Made by a program: the position numbers and the translations under genes. From positions 230,330,001-230,394,000 of the forward strand of contig OZ024743.1 of assembly GCA_964016885.1 (NCBI GenBank): a stretch of 64,000 nucleotides of DNA. Reading direction: 5' to 3'. The DNA comes from Eledone cirrhosa. Its lineage: Eukaryota. The notes under the pieces were generated by a model. That model made no database searches, was not told the DNA's origin, and was given only the letters and a program-made list of their open reading frames with translations. Below are positions 14,415 through 26,059 of the stretch, in pieces (positions within the stretch are counted from its first letter, which is position 1; every line of letters begins with the position of its first letter).

Positions 14415-14501
14415 CGTGTGCGTGTGTGTGTGTGTGCGTGTGTATGTAAAAGGTAAACAGAAATAACAACACAATCGGTATATGGAAAGAGCAGCAATAG
14501 A

Positions 14502-14539
14502 TTCTTAACGTTTCGGACGCTAATTCTTCATCAGAAGAA
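14502..14539 (-). ncRNA. Minimal type I hammerhead motif
   Basis: Minus strand: ttctt-CTGATGA-agaattagcgtcc-GAAA-cg-TT-aagaa. Stem I is 5 bp; stem III is the palindrome AACGTT. Confidence 0.7.
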
Positions 14540-14673
14540 AGAAAGAGAAATTAGAAAGATTGAAGGGATACACGCAAACAAACATGCAGACACATATTAA
14601 TTAATATATTAATATAACTCGTTGCATGGACTGAGTGGTCTACCACTACGGATACTACCTTCCAGTGTTCTAC

Positions 14674-14757
<84 letters not shown>

Positions 14758-15539
14758 GCAAACAAACATGGACAGGCACATATTTATATTAATCGACAGC
14801 CATCGTATTTTATTCCTTGGAAATAAGAGCGTTGCGTTCAAATATTACGAATATTGCTATAATAATAATTCAAATGGTGTCATATTCTACTTATATTTAT
14901 TGTTATTGTTTATGTTCTATTTTTCTTTTGTCGTTGCTTTTGCCTTATCTTCTACTCCGTCTCATGTTCATCACCATCGTTATCATCCTAATGATGATAT
15001 TATCAATTTTTTTCTTGTCGTGCTCTTCGCAGCGTTATTGATGTCGTCCTTGCTGTTGGCTGTGTTTTTGTAGGTCTGGTTGTAGTTGTTGGCATTTAGC
15101 TATAGTTCAATCTTAAACTAGCATAAGACATACGATGGAAGGTGTTCAATAATGTAGCTACAACTACATAAACCAAAATACCCTTCCTTCTTTAGTAAAA
15201 TACTAGTTTGTGGCATGAGAGAAATTAGGCTGCCTTATTCAGGAGAGCGTTCAACACTGTTAGGTTTCCTTGTTAGACAATTATTATATGTTGTTTTGCA
15301 AATTCATGGAGAAGTATAAGATTAAAAATGTAATTTTACCATAAAAAAATAAAGTTTTATTGTTTATATGTTTTGGGGAGACCGTATAACCCACTGGCCA
15401 TTCTTTGGAATTACAAAAATGAGGTTACAGATCTTTATTGCCAGATTTGAAAAAACAAACTTTGAATCACAAACATGAGGCTACCGAAACTTACTGGAAA
15501 ACATTGCTACAGGATACTCTTTTGAAACAAGGAAAATAA

Positions 15540-15675
15540 TAATTTTCTGGTGTAGGCAACCTTTTTTGAGAGAGGAGAAAGTTGATTAAATTAACTCCAG
15601 TACGTTACTGGTACTTTATTTCATCGACCCCTTAAGGGTGAAACTCAAAGCTGACCGCGGTGGGATTTCAACTAA
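15540..15675 (-). mobile_element. tRNA-derived SINE fragment
   Basis: actggtactttatttcatcgacccc...gggattt is the reverse complement of the family core. Confidence 0.7.
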
Positions 15676-15739
15676 GGTTTTATACGCTGCCATCAGGAGG
15701 GTTTAAACTCGAAAAGGTAACAGGACAATGCACCTTTTA

Positions 15740-16215
15740 ATGTTCATTGTGATACCGCTGTTTTGACTATCGAATTACTCTCATTATAAACCACGATGCC
15801 GAGAGCTTTCCAGCCGCCCTCTCGGACGTGCGGTCCATTCACCAACTCTCTAAATACCGGTCGCTCTCCGACAGGTTTGCGGTAATCCCCTAGGCAGTGG
15901 AGACTTCTGGTGTCCTTGGCCATAGGGCTACCTCCCTACTCACCACCAGAGGTACTGAGCTGGCCTGCCGCAGGTGTGAGCCTCACGAGATGGAATAGCT
16001 CTTCCAGCGCATCTCCCTTACCATCCTCCGGGGAAAAGCCTACTTCATTCAGTCCGTCTGGATTGTGGGGCGGCCAGCTGTGGTACCCCGTTTGCTCAAA
16101 ATACAGAGATAAGGGGAGAGCGAGAGAGATGGGGTGATGACGTTGGGAGTTCGGCTCTTCCGTGTTCGGACACATTGCATTTGTTAAGTGGATCATGTGA
16201 TAATTTCATTTTACC
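15740..16215 (-). other. GC-rich coding-like segment: candidate host exon (15944-16215) or LINE ORF1 relic
   Basis: Minus-strand frame MIHLTNAM...STSGGE stays open ~65 codons past one TAG. Flanked by ctcag| (16216) with an internal |gtgagt donor (15943). No recognisable domain. Confidence 0.3.
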
Positions 16216-18662
16216 TGAGACACACACATAGCAGAATGTACCTACAGATGGACATCAAGAGAGAAGGAAAGAAAACTAGACAAAAATGTGGAATATAAAA
16301 TGAATCGTTGTGGTATACGAAACATTGAAGTTTAGCCCGCTACGTACCCTTGTTACAGTAATTATATATATTTACTTGTTAACGTTATAAATTGATACCT
16401 ATTTACAGATGCAAGTGTTCAGACCACGTGGACACTACTCTACCTTTTGATAATATACCACTTCGACATCTACTTCGCCAATTTATGGTATTTATGTCTA
16501 CGTAATTGTGTTTAGTGTTTTACTTAAATATATTTATTCCCTTTTGTTAAGATATGAATTTAAAGAAATTAAAGAAAGGTGATTGAAATATGTATATAGA
16601 GATTGTTTAATAATTTTGAGATTGTGATCTACATAGTTTGCTTTAGACTTTTGTAAATATTTTGAAATCAATCACACATGCTGTCGTAAAATAAAATTAC
16701 TAAACACATATGGGGGAAAACAAAGAAAATATAAGAGTAAAGGAAAGAACATCAATAGGCTTGTCCGTCCTCATAGAAATAGCAGACAAATCTTCTTCCC
16801 ATTGCATCAACCATCTTGAAAAAAATACCTTTCACTAGTAATGCAGTATTGGGTGGATTGTGCCGGAAAAATGGGAGGACCGCCAGAGCAAGAAAGCATT
16901 TAATTGTAGAATTGCCAGATCAGGGTTGATTTGGGTTGTTCCAAAATAATATCATCCATAAATATAATATACATTTAATACTGATTTAGGAGATCAATAT
17001 ACCAATACAATGAATATTAGTAGTATAGGAGATATACACTCTGATTTAAACAAAGTATGAAGGGGGAATATATGAAATAGGTAGCAATGTATCAGTAAAA
17101 AAATATTTACTGAGATAGAGAATGGAAAATAAATACACTAATTATACTAGATATAATTCCAGAAGTAAATGATAGGCAGGTGTATACTAGAAGTGGCTAA
17201 AGTTAAACGTGATTTTTGCGTAGATTAAATTCTTCTGAAAGTCCAATGAAGAAATTGGGATGTTTAGTTAGAGACCGATTCTAAACAAACTATCTCACAT
17301 AAGATCGCATGGTCTCGTAGCCTTACCCAGAGACCCATTTTATCATATTTACAAATGTTTGGCCTCAGAAAATCTTAGACCCAACCGTCTAATTTTTAAA
17401 TATAACTACCGCTAGTTTGTAAAGCTTGGACTATATGAAAATATATTTTAACCCAACTTATATGAGTTCTCTTCACACATTTGAATATTCCAAGTGACAT
17501 ATATCTTCATATTAAACCCCAAGTATCACAGAGAAAATAATCTGTGCAAGATTTGTTTGGGAAAAAGGAATTTGATATCTTTCAGCATAACCTATCTCTA
17601 TCTGAGTGCTAGAAAATCAGGTCAGTGCCCAAGCTTCTGTTATCAATGTCTATCTACGCATCTATCTATATTTTGACTATAACAACAACATCTATCTATT
17701 TAACCAACTATCTATTTATGTACCTATATACATCTCTCTCTCTTTACCAATGTTCCTATGTTTGGACGACACGATCAATAAAAACAACAAAGCACACATC
17801 ACAATATCTGTATACAGATAGATATATAAATAGAAGAAAGTGCTGTAGTTTGAAAATGGTTACAGAAAATATAGAAAGAACATGATGTAAATGGGTGTAG
17901 AATAAGACATGGTGATGGCATGAGAGCCAGAAAAGGGCAGGTCAAGTGCAATCATGGATTCTCTCGTTTTTATGTAAAATGTTGTAATGAAAAATTATAA
18001 AATTTAATATTTTCAATACAAACCCAATCATTTCTGACATATACTATGGTAGTATATATATATGCATATATACATATATACATACATGTGTGTGTGTGTG
18101 CATGTAGTTGTCAACGAACATACACATATAAACACCCATATGAGTGCACTCACAAACACATGCATATATGTGTATGTTTTATGTATGTATATATACATAT
18201 ATGTTCGTACGTATTTATATGAGGTTATATAGATGTTGCGTACATCAACATATTTATGCAGATTTATGTATGTCACTATATTTATGTAAATATATTCATG
18301 TAGAACAAAGAAAAAAAAATATATGTATTTATAAAATAATTTAAACACCCGATATAGAATTATACAATATTTAATTTAAGTATTAGCACATATTCAAAAC
18401 ATCAAACTCCTTCTCTACTGTTTTTAGCTGAAATTGCAGTGAATAATAAAATACAACCCATCTCTTCACACCTTCAGAAATCATAATAACAATCATCTGA
18501 AAGTTTGTCAGAATATTCAACATTAAATACGAGAATAAAAATCGATTCGCTTTGTTTTAATTTTGAAATTTGAAGAGAAGATATAGTCATTTTGTAATAA
18601 GTTATACTCAATTTCTCAGAGACATAGGCAACCAACCACCCATCAATCCACACATGCACACG

Positions 18663-18775
<113 letters not shown>

Positions 18776-18939
18776 TATTTACGTTACGAGAGAGAGAAAA
18801 GGAGGGATAGGTGATACATGTAGTTATTTGCCAAATAGCGTATGCAGAGGATGCTCAATGCTAGTGCCGGCAGTGTTAAATATTAGAAGTGTTAATATCT
18901 AGTGGGCGAGAGAATTAGCAGAGCGTAAGAAAGTGAAAA

Positions 18940-21125
18940 AATAAGAAATATGAGAACAGACCGTTACATGTTTATTTAAAACACCACCTACGTACGTTTC
19001 ACCCTGATGGGATTCTCAAGGGCATAAATAACTAAAAAGTGTTCTTTACATAGACCGGAAAGTGTTTTTGGTGTTAAGTTCACGTCAGAGTTCATTCTCC
19101 GCAAAAAAGCGTGTTTGATTTTGCAGTAGGTCAGGAGAGGTAACTCTGGCGGTGTTAGGGCAGTCTTTCCCGGACAAATTGTTTATCCGTTACAATATGT
19201 GGTTACAACCTTACCATTCTCGATACGCACAGGGTCAGGTATGCAACGTTTGTTTGCTGCACCTGTCCGCCTGGGTCATTTGAAGCCAGGTCTGGGATGC
19301 ATGGTTAGTTTCCGGATGTTTTTTGCAGCGCCTGCTCACCGGGGTGTTAAAGCTTGTCACAGGGAGACCCGGTGTACGGTTTCAGTCCTCGTCCTTATCC
19401 CATCTGAAGAAGGATATTTTTAAGCGATGTATACAGCTCATCGTCGTTTCAGCTCTGCTGTTGATGAGCTCGTGGGTTGCCGTTATGATGGGGTAGAGCC
19501 CATGAGGCAAAGATCGCACTTCCTCTTGAAGTTGTACGGTGCAGCCCTGCCAACAATTTCTCAGTGCGTGGAGTAGCTGATGTTTAAGTCTTTTAATGAT
19601 GTGATGTAGTCCGCGAGCGAAGTGGAGTGTCTTAATTTCTTATTTGTGAAAGAGTGGAGATGTGTTCGAAATCTAATTTTGAACGGGCAAGAGGTAGCCC
19701 CTATGTAATGTTTAATGCTATTGTGGCTAGTTACAGTGCACCTATATACAACCCTATCAGTCAAGCAGTATCCTCCAAGGGGGCAGCGTCCCCTATCGCG
19801 GCAGTTGCATTTTCGGTCGCGGTCCCTTCTAATTCCCACGGTAAGGCTATCATTATTGCTATCTACGTTGTTACCTACGCTCCAACACCTGTCGTTAGCA
19901 CCATTATAACCCACCGTGCGCCGGGTGGTCCCATTATTATTCCGCACGTCATATCCTGCATATTCCACAGTCATGTCGCGGTTATGCTGGTTGCGTCTGT
20001 AGAGGCTGTTGCCAGCAATATTGGATGCTGCTAGGGAGTCGTTAAGGCTGATATAGTTATTGTCAGATGTCGGTGCGTCTGTGCTAAGGTGCTGTGTCTT
20101 GGTGATATTACTGTGATTAGTTTTTCCTATGATGTCTGTTAGGTTAGGAGTAGTAGAGAAGGATATTTTTATATTGTTCCTATTAAGGATTTTTCTATAC
20201 CTATGGTCGGGTGGGAAGTTCTTCTCTAAGCTTCGAAGAATATCCGGGGTATGTTGGAGGCCACACTCCGGGAGTAGGGGGAATGGAACCATAGGACGTT
20301 AAGGTGGCGATTACGTGTCCTTGTACGTTTGTTACGGGTAGTGCCATCAGGGTGACCGTTCTTATGGCTGTAGCCCGTAACGTGCCCCTTTCAGAGCTTC
20401 ATTGCAATATGTGGAATGGTCGTTGAAAATATGCTCGTTAGTAGATAGACGGGAAAGCCCCAAAGAAATGTTTCTTACCAGGTTCTTGGTTATGCTGGCA
20501 GGATAGTTAGATTGCTTACTTATTTAATTAAGCGTATCATTCGGCTTTCTATACGGGTAATACAAGCCATTCGAAAAAATGAGGGTAACGTCGAGGTAAT
20601 TAACGACCGACAGGTTGGCCTCAACCTGTATAGAGAGGTTGAAGCCTTTAAAGAAGGCTGTGAGTTCTTTTCTGAACCTGTCGCAAGCACGTGGGCCGCA
20701 TTTAGTCATGGTCAAAAGACCATCATCACGGTACAAACCACCGCCCACGTTGGGGAATTCGTCCTTGATAGAGAAAAGAAGGAAAATCCGATAAGATCAG
20801 TAACCTCCGCAGAATCGCTGTCGCCCATACTTACGTATCATGGGGTACTATTAGATTTTTTAATCCAAATAGAGTCGTCGAAATTAATCACCGACTTAAG
20901 GGCATTGAGGATGAAAGCAACTTCGAAATCCTTAACCACTGTGAGTGTTTTAGCGAAATTGATAGCTCTAATGAGAAGTGGTAAAGTGATGGAGGAGTAG
21001 TAATTATTGATGTCGAATTAGATAAAACGGCAATGTTCCTTGTTGCATATGCCGTTGAACCAATCAATCACCGCGAAAGAATTGTTCTACAGTGCAAGAG
21101 GGGCCAAACTTCTAATTACAGGTTA
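18940..21125 (-). mobile_element. Penelope-like element, 5'-truncated (LYRDD-type RT + GIY-YIG)
   Basis: RT GLYRDDGL and VNYLDVTL..YYPYRKPN; thumb NIKISFS; CNCR..CPLGGYCL; GIY-YIG VVYRC..HYIGATS.PFKIRF..H; GC-rich 3' UTR at 18940-19420. Confidence 0.9.
18985..19024 (-). ncRNA. Atypical hammerhead-like motif at the PLE 3' end
   Basis: Minus strand: tgcc-CTTGAGAA-tcccatcagggt-GAAA-cgtacg-TA-ggtg. Stem III is palindromic and the core is a variant. Confidence 0.55.
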
Positions 21126-21129
21126 CAGC

Positions 21130-22221
21130 CACACATACCCTAACGGATAGTAGGATCTATACACGGATATTTTACGTCTTGATATGTTATGTTTATACCA
21201 TTACTTATTTGTATAGGTAAGTATATATATTACCTGTATGTTTTGTGAGGGTACGTATACTTTCTCGTACGTATATTTGATTGTATATGTTATGGCGTAT
21301 ATTTTATATATTCTGGTACATATGCTTTTGGTTATGTGTATACGTGAGTTTTGTGTCTATGTGAGTATGCGGGTTCGTACGTATGTAGGGTGTATTTATA
21401 TGTGTACTTCGTGTTTTGGTTGATGTATGTCTCCGGGCAGATATGTATTTACATGTAGGTACGTGTGTGCGCTGGTTATATACGTATTCATTTATATACG
21501 TTTATTTAATTATTTGTATACACGCACACACACACACACATATTTATATGTGCGTGTATTTGTATACCTATGGCGAGTGTTTTCGCGTATGCTTGTGTAT
21601 GTACGTATTGGATGCGTATAGGTATTTATTTGATTTTCAATAGCCTCTGTATTTTATTTACTTTATTCTTAACTCTCAAGCCGAGAATCATTCTGTTTCC
21701 TAGTTAGAATTTTAGTCTACGACCACTGCTATACCATTTACGTAGTTTTGTCTTTGCGTGCAATTGTTCTCCACGTCCGCATATGACGTATTATCTTCGT
21801 TTTTTTCCGTTCATTGACAGAGAACGTTTCTATGAACCACCTAATAGAATATTAGTCTACGACTTCTTTTATACCATAAACGTGGTTTTGTCTTTGCGTG
21901 TAATTGTTTTTCACCGCTCAAATAATTACGTATTATATTCGTTTTTTTCCCGTTCTTTGCCAGGAAACGTTTCCACGAACCAAAGCATCGTCTTCCTGTC
22001 TTCCTCCGGTTGCAACGTGTTTTGAAATATTCACTTCTGCGTTCACAGATTGACTTTGTTAGTTTCAGAAGATCCCGTTGAGGGTGAAAGCAGCGATTCT
22101 TTGCTTAAACTTTAATCTTTTATTTTAATAAATATTTTCTCTACGGTTCTTATATACTTGATATATATTTATCCTTATCGAGCCCTCTTTGGATTTTAGT
22201 CTTCAAATTTATTATTATTAC

Positions 22222-22222
<1 letters not shown>
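21130..22222 (+). mobile_element. ORF-less PLE 3'UTR/pLTR-like repeat, family H2
   Basis: Highly similar to 48700-49430 and related to 28270-28500 (minus). Contains an internal ~140-bp tandem duplication (21712 / 21852) and a hammerhead-like motif near the end that abuts (TA)n. Confidence 0.7.
22061..22111 (+). ncRNA. Hammerhead-like motif with CAGAAGA core variant
   Basis: agttt-CAGAAGA-tcccgttgagggt-GAAA-gca...tgc-TT-aaact; all three stems can pair. Confidence 0.65.
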
Positions 22223-22288
<66 letters not shown>

Positions 22289-22289
<1 letters not shown>

Positions 22290-23724
22290 CTAAACTATAA
22301 TAAAGGCAGGTCTGCGGCATTGCGAACGGTTTATTTATTTTTATCCCATTTGTAAAATAAGTTGCATTACTTTGAATAAATAATGAATGAATATTACATA
22401 ATTTATCTACTAAATTTCGTAAACAAAATTAATTTCGTAAAAATAATTTCAAATTGACTTCTTTTCAAAGTTGCACTTCCGGTATGTCGTCGCCACCACC
22501 CCAATTTCAGCTACGATATATAGAAAGAGAGAGTTTGTGATGAGAGAGATAGAGAGATTATGATTTTCTACACCTAAATCGTATGATTGTGCACATACAT
22601 GCATCTATATGTATGAGTATATAACTATTATGAGTATCATAATCTATAAAGCTCAGTATGTGGTCATGCTCCTTTCTTATAGAAATCTTCGATATAGAAT
22701 TTCTTCAATTGAAATTTACAATTCAGTATTCGAAATAGTTTTGATTGCGTCTTGGCACATCTCATTTTTTCAATTTCACCCACAATTACGCAAAACTTAG
22801 ATAAACCTCAATATTTTACGATTTTTCTCTGTCATTTAAACTGCTAAACTCTTTCCACTACCATTCAAAATCTATACAACTTCATACTTTCTGCTACTTT
22901 CTCTTTCCAAGCTTGATGGTAATACTGTCCGAAAAGCAACAGATAGATTTATTCAACAAGAAGCGATAAATCTTTTTTAAAACCTGTTTTCCAAACGCAT
23001 ACAATCACACACTCACTTCAACAACAACAACAAACACTCTGCCTTTTATAGATAATGATAAACAATAATATCTTCTATGAGGTCACTAAACCTGCTAGAA
23101 ACAGCAGCTAACTCTCCCCCATATCACACCACTCCCTACTGTCTTAAATTTAGAAAACACATATCCTCTATGAGGTTACTAAACCTGCTAAAAACAGCAG
23201 CTAACTCTCCCCCATATCACACCCATCCATACTGTCTTAAATTTAGAAAACATATCTTCTATGAGGTCACTAAACCTGCTAGAAACAGCAGCTAACTCTC
23301 CCCCATATCACACCACTCCCTACTGTCTTAAATTTAGAAAACACATATCCTCTATGAGGTCACTAAACCTGCTAGAAACAACAGCTAACTCTCCCTCATA
23401 TCACACCACTCCCTACTGTCTTAAATTTAGAAAACACACAGACAACCATACAGAACAACTCCATCGCAGCTCTGTTGTTCGGCTGGCATCGTCTACGCGC
23501 GTGTTGCGCAAGTACTGTGAAACAATAAATTTCAACACTTTTTTGCACAGAGATAATATCCATAGGCGAAACTACAATTGTCACTGCTGGCGCAGCTCCT
23601 GCTTCCAGGTCTGCAATTCATTCACCCAGTGCCTGGCAGACAAAAAAGTGCTGCCATAAAATGGGTGGTGCAACCTAACTTTGGTAACTTAATGACCCCG
23701 AGCAACGCCGGGCTTTAATGCTAG
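22289..23724 (+). mobile_element. Non-autonomous Helitron
   Basis: 5' A|TCTAAACTATAATAAAG; 3' hairpin cccg-agcaacgc-cggg (23697-23712) then CTAG|T. The 5' ~170 bp is shared with the 44455 element. Confidence 0.85.
23070..23438 (+). repeat. Four tandem ~92-bp units inside the non-autonomous Helitron
   Basis: ctatgaggtcactaaacctgctagaaacagcagctaactctccccc...gtcttaaatttagaaaacac repeats at ~23072, 23163, 23254 and 23347. Confidence 0.95.
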
Positions 23725-24206
23725 TATAACTATAATCGCGCAAACACAGACTTATAAAAATACACTCTCACAGACATAATTCACACAAATACACATACTT
23801 AAACACAAATATACACACATTCACACATACTTTGACACAAACATACATACTTTCACACAAATATACATACACCACACATATACTTTCACACAAACATACA
23901 TACATTCACACATATACATTTAAACAAACACACACATACAGTCATGATAGCGTTCGTTTTGATTTGAGATGGGATGGTATACTTTCACACAAATATACAT
24001 ACACTCACACATACTTTCACACAAACATACATTCATACATACATTCACACATATACATTTACACAAACATACATACTTTCATACATATCAATTTACACAA
24101 ACACACACATACAGTCATGATAGCGTTTGGTTTAATTGGAAATGGGAGGGTAAAACAAGTATAACGTTTTATTTATTTATTAACTCTTTTTTTATTTTTA
24201 ATCACA

Positions 24207-24532
24207 TCTAAACTATAACAAAGTAAGGTGCGCGGGACTTCTTTAACATTTCTGAAACGTCAACACTTCCGGTTGACCATCGCTTAAATAAACATACTAA
24301 TTTTCTCCTCATGCAGTTCATATATAATATCGTCTTTTTTAATATATCATGGATTACGTTACTGATTACATAAAACAATGTAACGCAATCTTCGTTCAAT
24401 TTCTATGTATATTGTCAATTACGATTTTATTTTGATGTATCATATCTACATTTATATATACCCGCGTATAATATCAATATACACACTACACATGGTGGCA
24501 GAAAACCACTAGAAGGGTCGTTTTCCTGCTAG
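24207..24532 (+). mobile_element. Short non-autonomous Helitron (326 bp)
   Basis: A|TCTAAACTATAAC...gcagaaaacc-..-ggtcgttttcctgCTAG|T. The body aligns to 44800-45089. Confidence 0.8.
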
Positions 24533-24569
24533 TATATGTAAACATATATATATATATATATATATATAT

Positions 24570-25290
24570 TCGATATTAAACAAATGGAAACTATATTTAT
24601 AAAACCATATTTATTTCATTATTCATATTTCAGGGATACCATATTAAAAATATGGCATGCCTTCGTCAGATAAAATACAATATATAAACAGGTTTATAAA
24701 TAATTTTGAAGTACCATATTATAAGCGACCATTAAATTAGGAAGCTGTCTGGGTAGTGAATTGTTTATAATTATTTAGCTATAGTGTTAAGCACAGTTAG
24801 AAAAAAAGACGGAGAGAAAGAAGAAACGGAGGTAAAGAAAAAACAGAGAAATAGAGGGGAGAGAAAGAAAGGTGGGGGTGAAAAGGAACAAGGAAGAAAT
24901 AAGAGGGGCAAACGAAAGCAAAAGATACATAATAATTCACCATACATATAGAAAAACTCAAGAGAGAGGGATTACTATACAGAGAGAGAAGGATAATAAT
25001 TATTTAGTTATAGTGTTAAGCACAGTTAGAAAAAAGACGGACAGAAAGAAAAAACTGGAGATAAAGAAAAAGAAAAAAACGGAGAGAGAGATGGGGGAGG
25101 AGAGAGAGAGAGAATATAAATATATAGGAGGAAGTGAATAAGAAACAAGAGAGAAATAGGAGAGGCAAACGAAAGCAATAGATACATAATAATTCATCAT
25201 ACACAAAGACAAACTCAAGAAAGAGGAGAAAGTGCTATAAATAGAGAGAGAAGGATACAGTTACATATTTACGTCAGGTCATATGAATTT
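24570..25290 (-). mobile_element. Family H1 pLTR-like fragment with ~230-bp purine-rich tandem duplication (24770 / 25000)
   Basis: Same leader as 13860; the segment ttatttag.tatagtgttaagcacagttagaaaaaagacgg occurs twice. Confidence 0.65.
24613..24676 (-). ncRNA. Type I hammerhead ribozyme motif
   Basis: Minus strand: attttat-CTGACGA-aggcatgccatat...atatggtatccct-GAAA-tatgaa-TA-atgaaat. Confidence 0.75.
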
Positions 25291-25295
25291 GAATT

Positions 25296-25352
<57 letters not shown>

Positions 25353-25410
25353 GTATATATATATATATGTGTACATATATATATATATGTGTGTAAACAC
25401 ACACACACAG

Positions 25411-25440
<30 letters not shown>

Positions 25441-25441
<1 letters not shown>

Positions 25442-25760
25442 CAATGATATTAAATAAATGGAAACAATATTTATAAAACCATATTTATTCTATTATATAT
25501 ATTTCAAGGGTACCAACATTTCGGTACTTTATCATCAGATAAAATACGAAGTGTGTTTTATAAATGTTGACATAACCAAGGAAAATATACCTTAACGGTT
25601 CAAGTTTTCCATGGATAGTGAATAAATATTGTGTTATAAATATGGTTTCCATTTAATTAATATCATAGAATAATATAGTCCAGAAAACTTGTCGAGTGCT
25701 GCGAATCAGTTATAAACATTTATATTTGTTTAATTACCAACAAATTGAATATCCCTTCAG

Positions 25761-25765
<5 letters not shown>
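25441..25765. mobile_element. Family H1 fragment with inverted 3' piece
   Basis: 25441-25620 matches the H1 leader and HHR; ~25630-25765 resembles the reverse complement of 13772-13895. Flanked by (TA)n. Confidence 0.65.
25486..25546 (-). ncRNA. Type I hammerhead ribozyme motif
   Basis: Minus strand: tattttat-CTGATGA-taaagtaccg..tggtaccctt-GAAA-tatata-TA-atagaata. Confidence 0.75.
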
Positions 25766-25810
<45 letters not shown>

Positions 25811-26059
25811 TTACATTTAAGTAACTGCCGTACTAAGAGTGAGAAATGAAATTTCGTTTCATTCTATTCCATTTATCGTTTTCGGTGCGCCCAGCCGACT
25901 AAACTCACTCGATATGCAAATTAGGCTGCTCAGCCGTTAATATGCATAAGGAAAGTATATACTTTCAGACGTTCAGCCATCTGGCAGGAAGGTATACGAA
26001 GCTGACAATAGCTAATAAGCTTGAAACTAGTACATCGTTCCTGTGTCAGTGTTGAACAA

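Noticed and set aside
23070-23438. CRISPR-like periodic repeat
   Set aside because: Units are identical end to end with no unique spacers; eukaryotic context; no cas genes.
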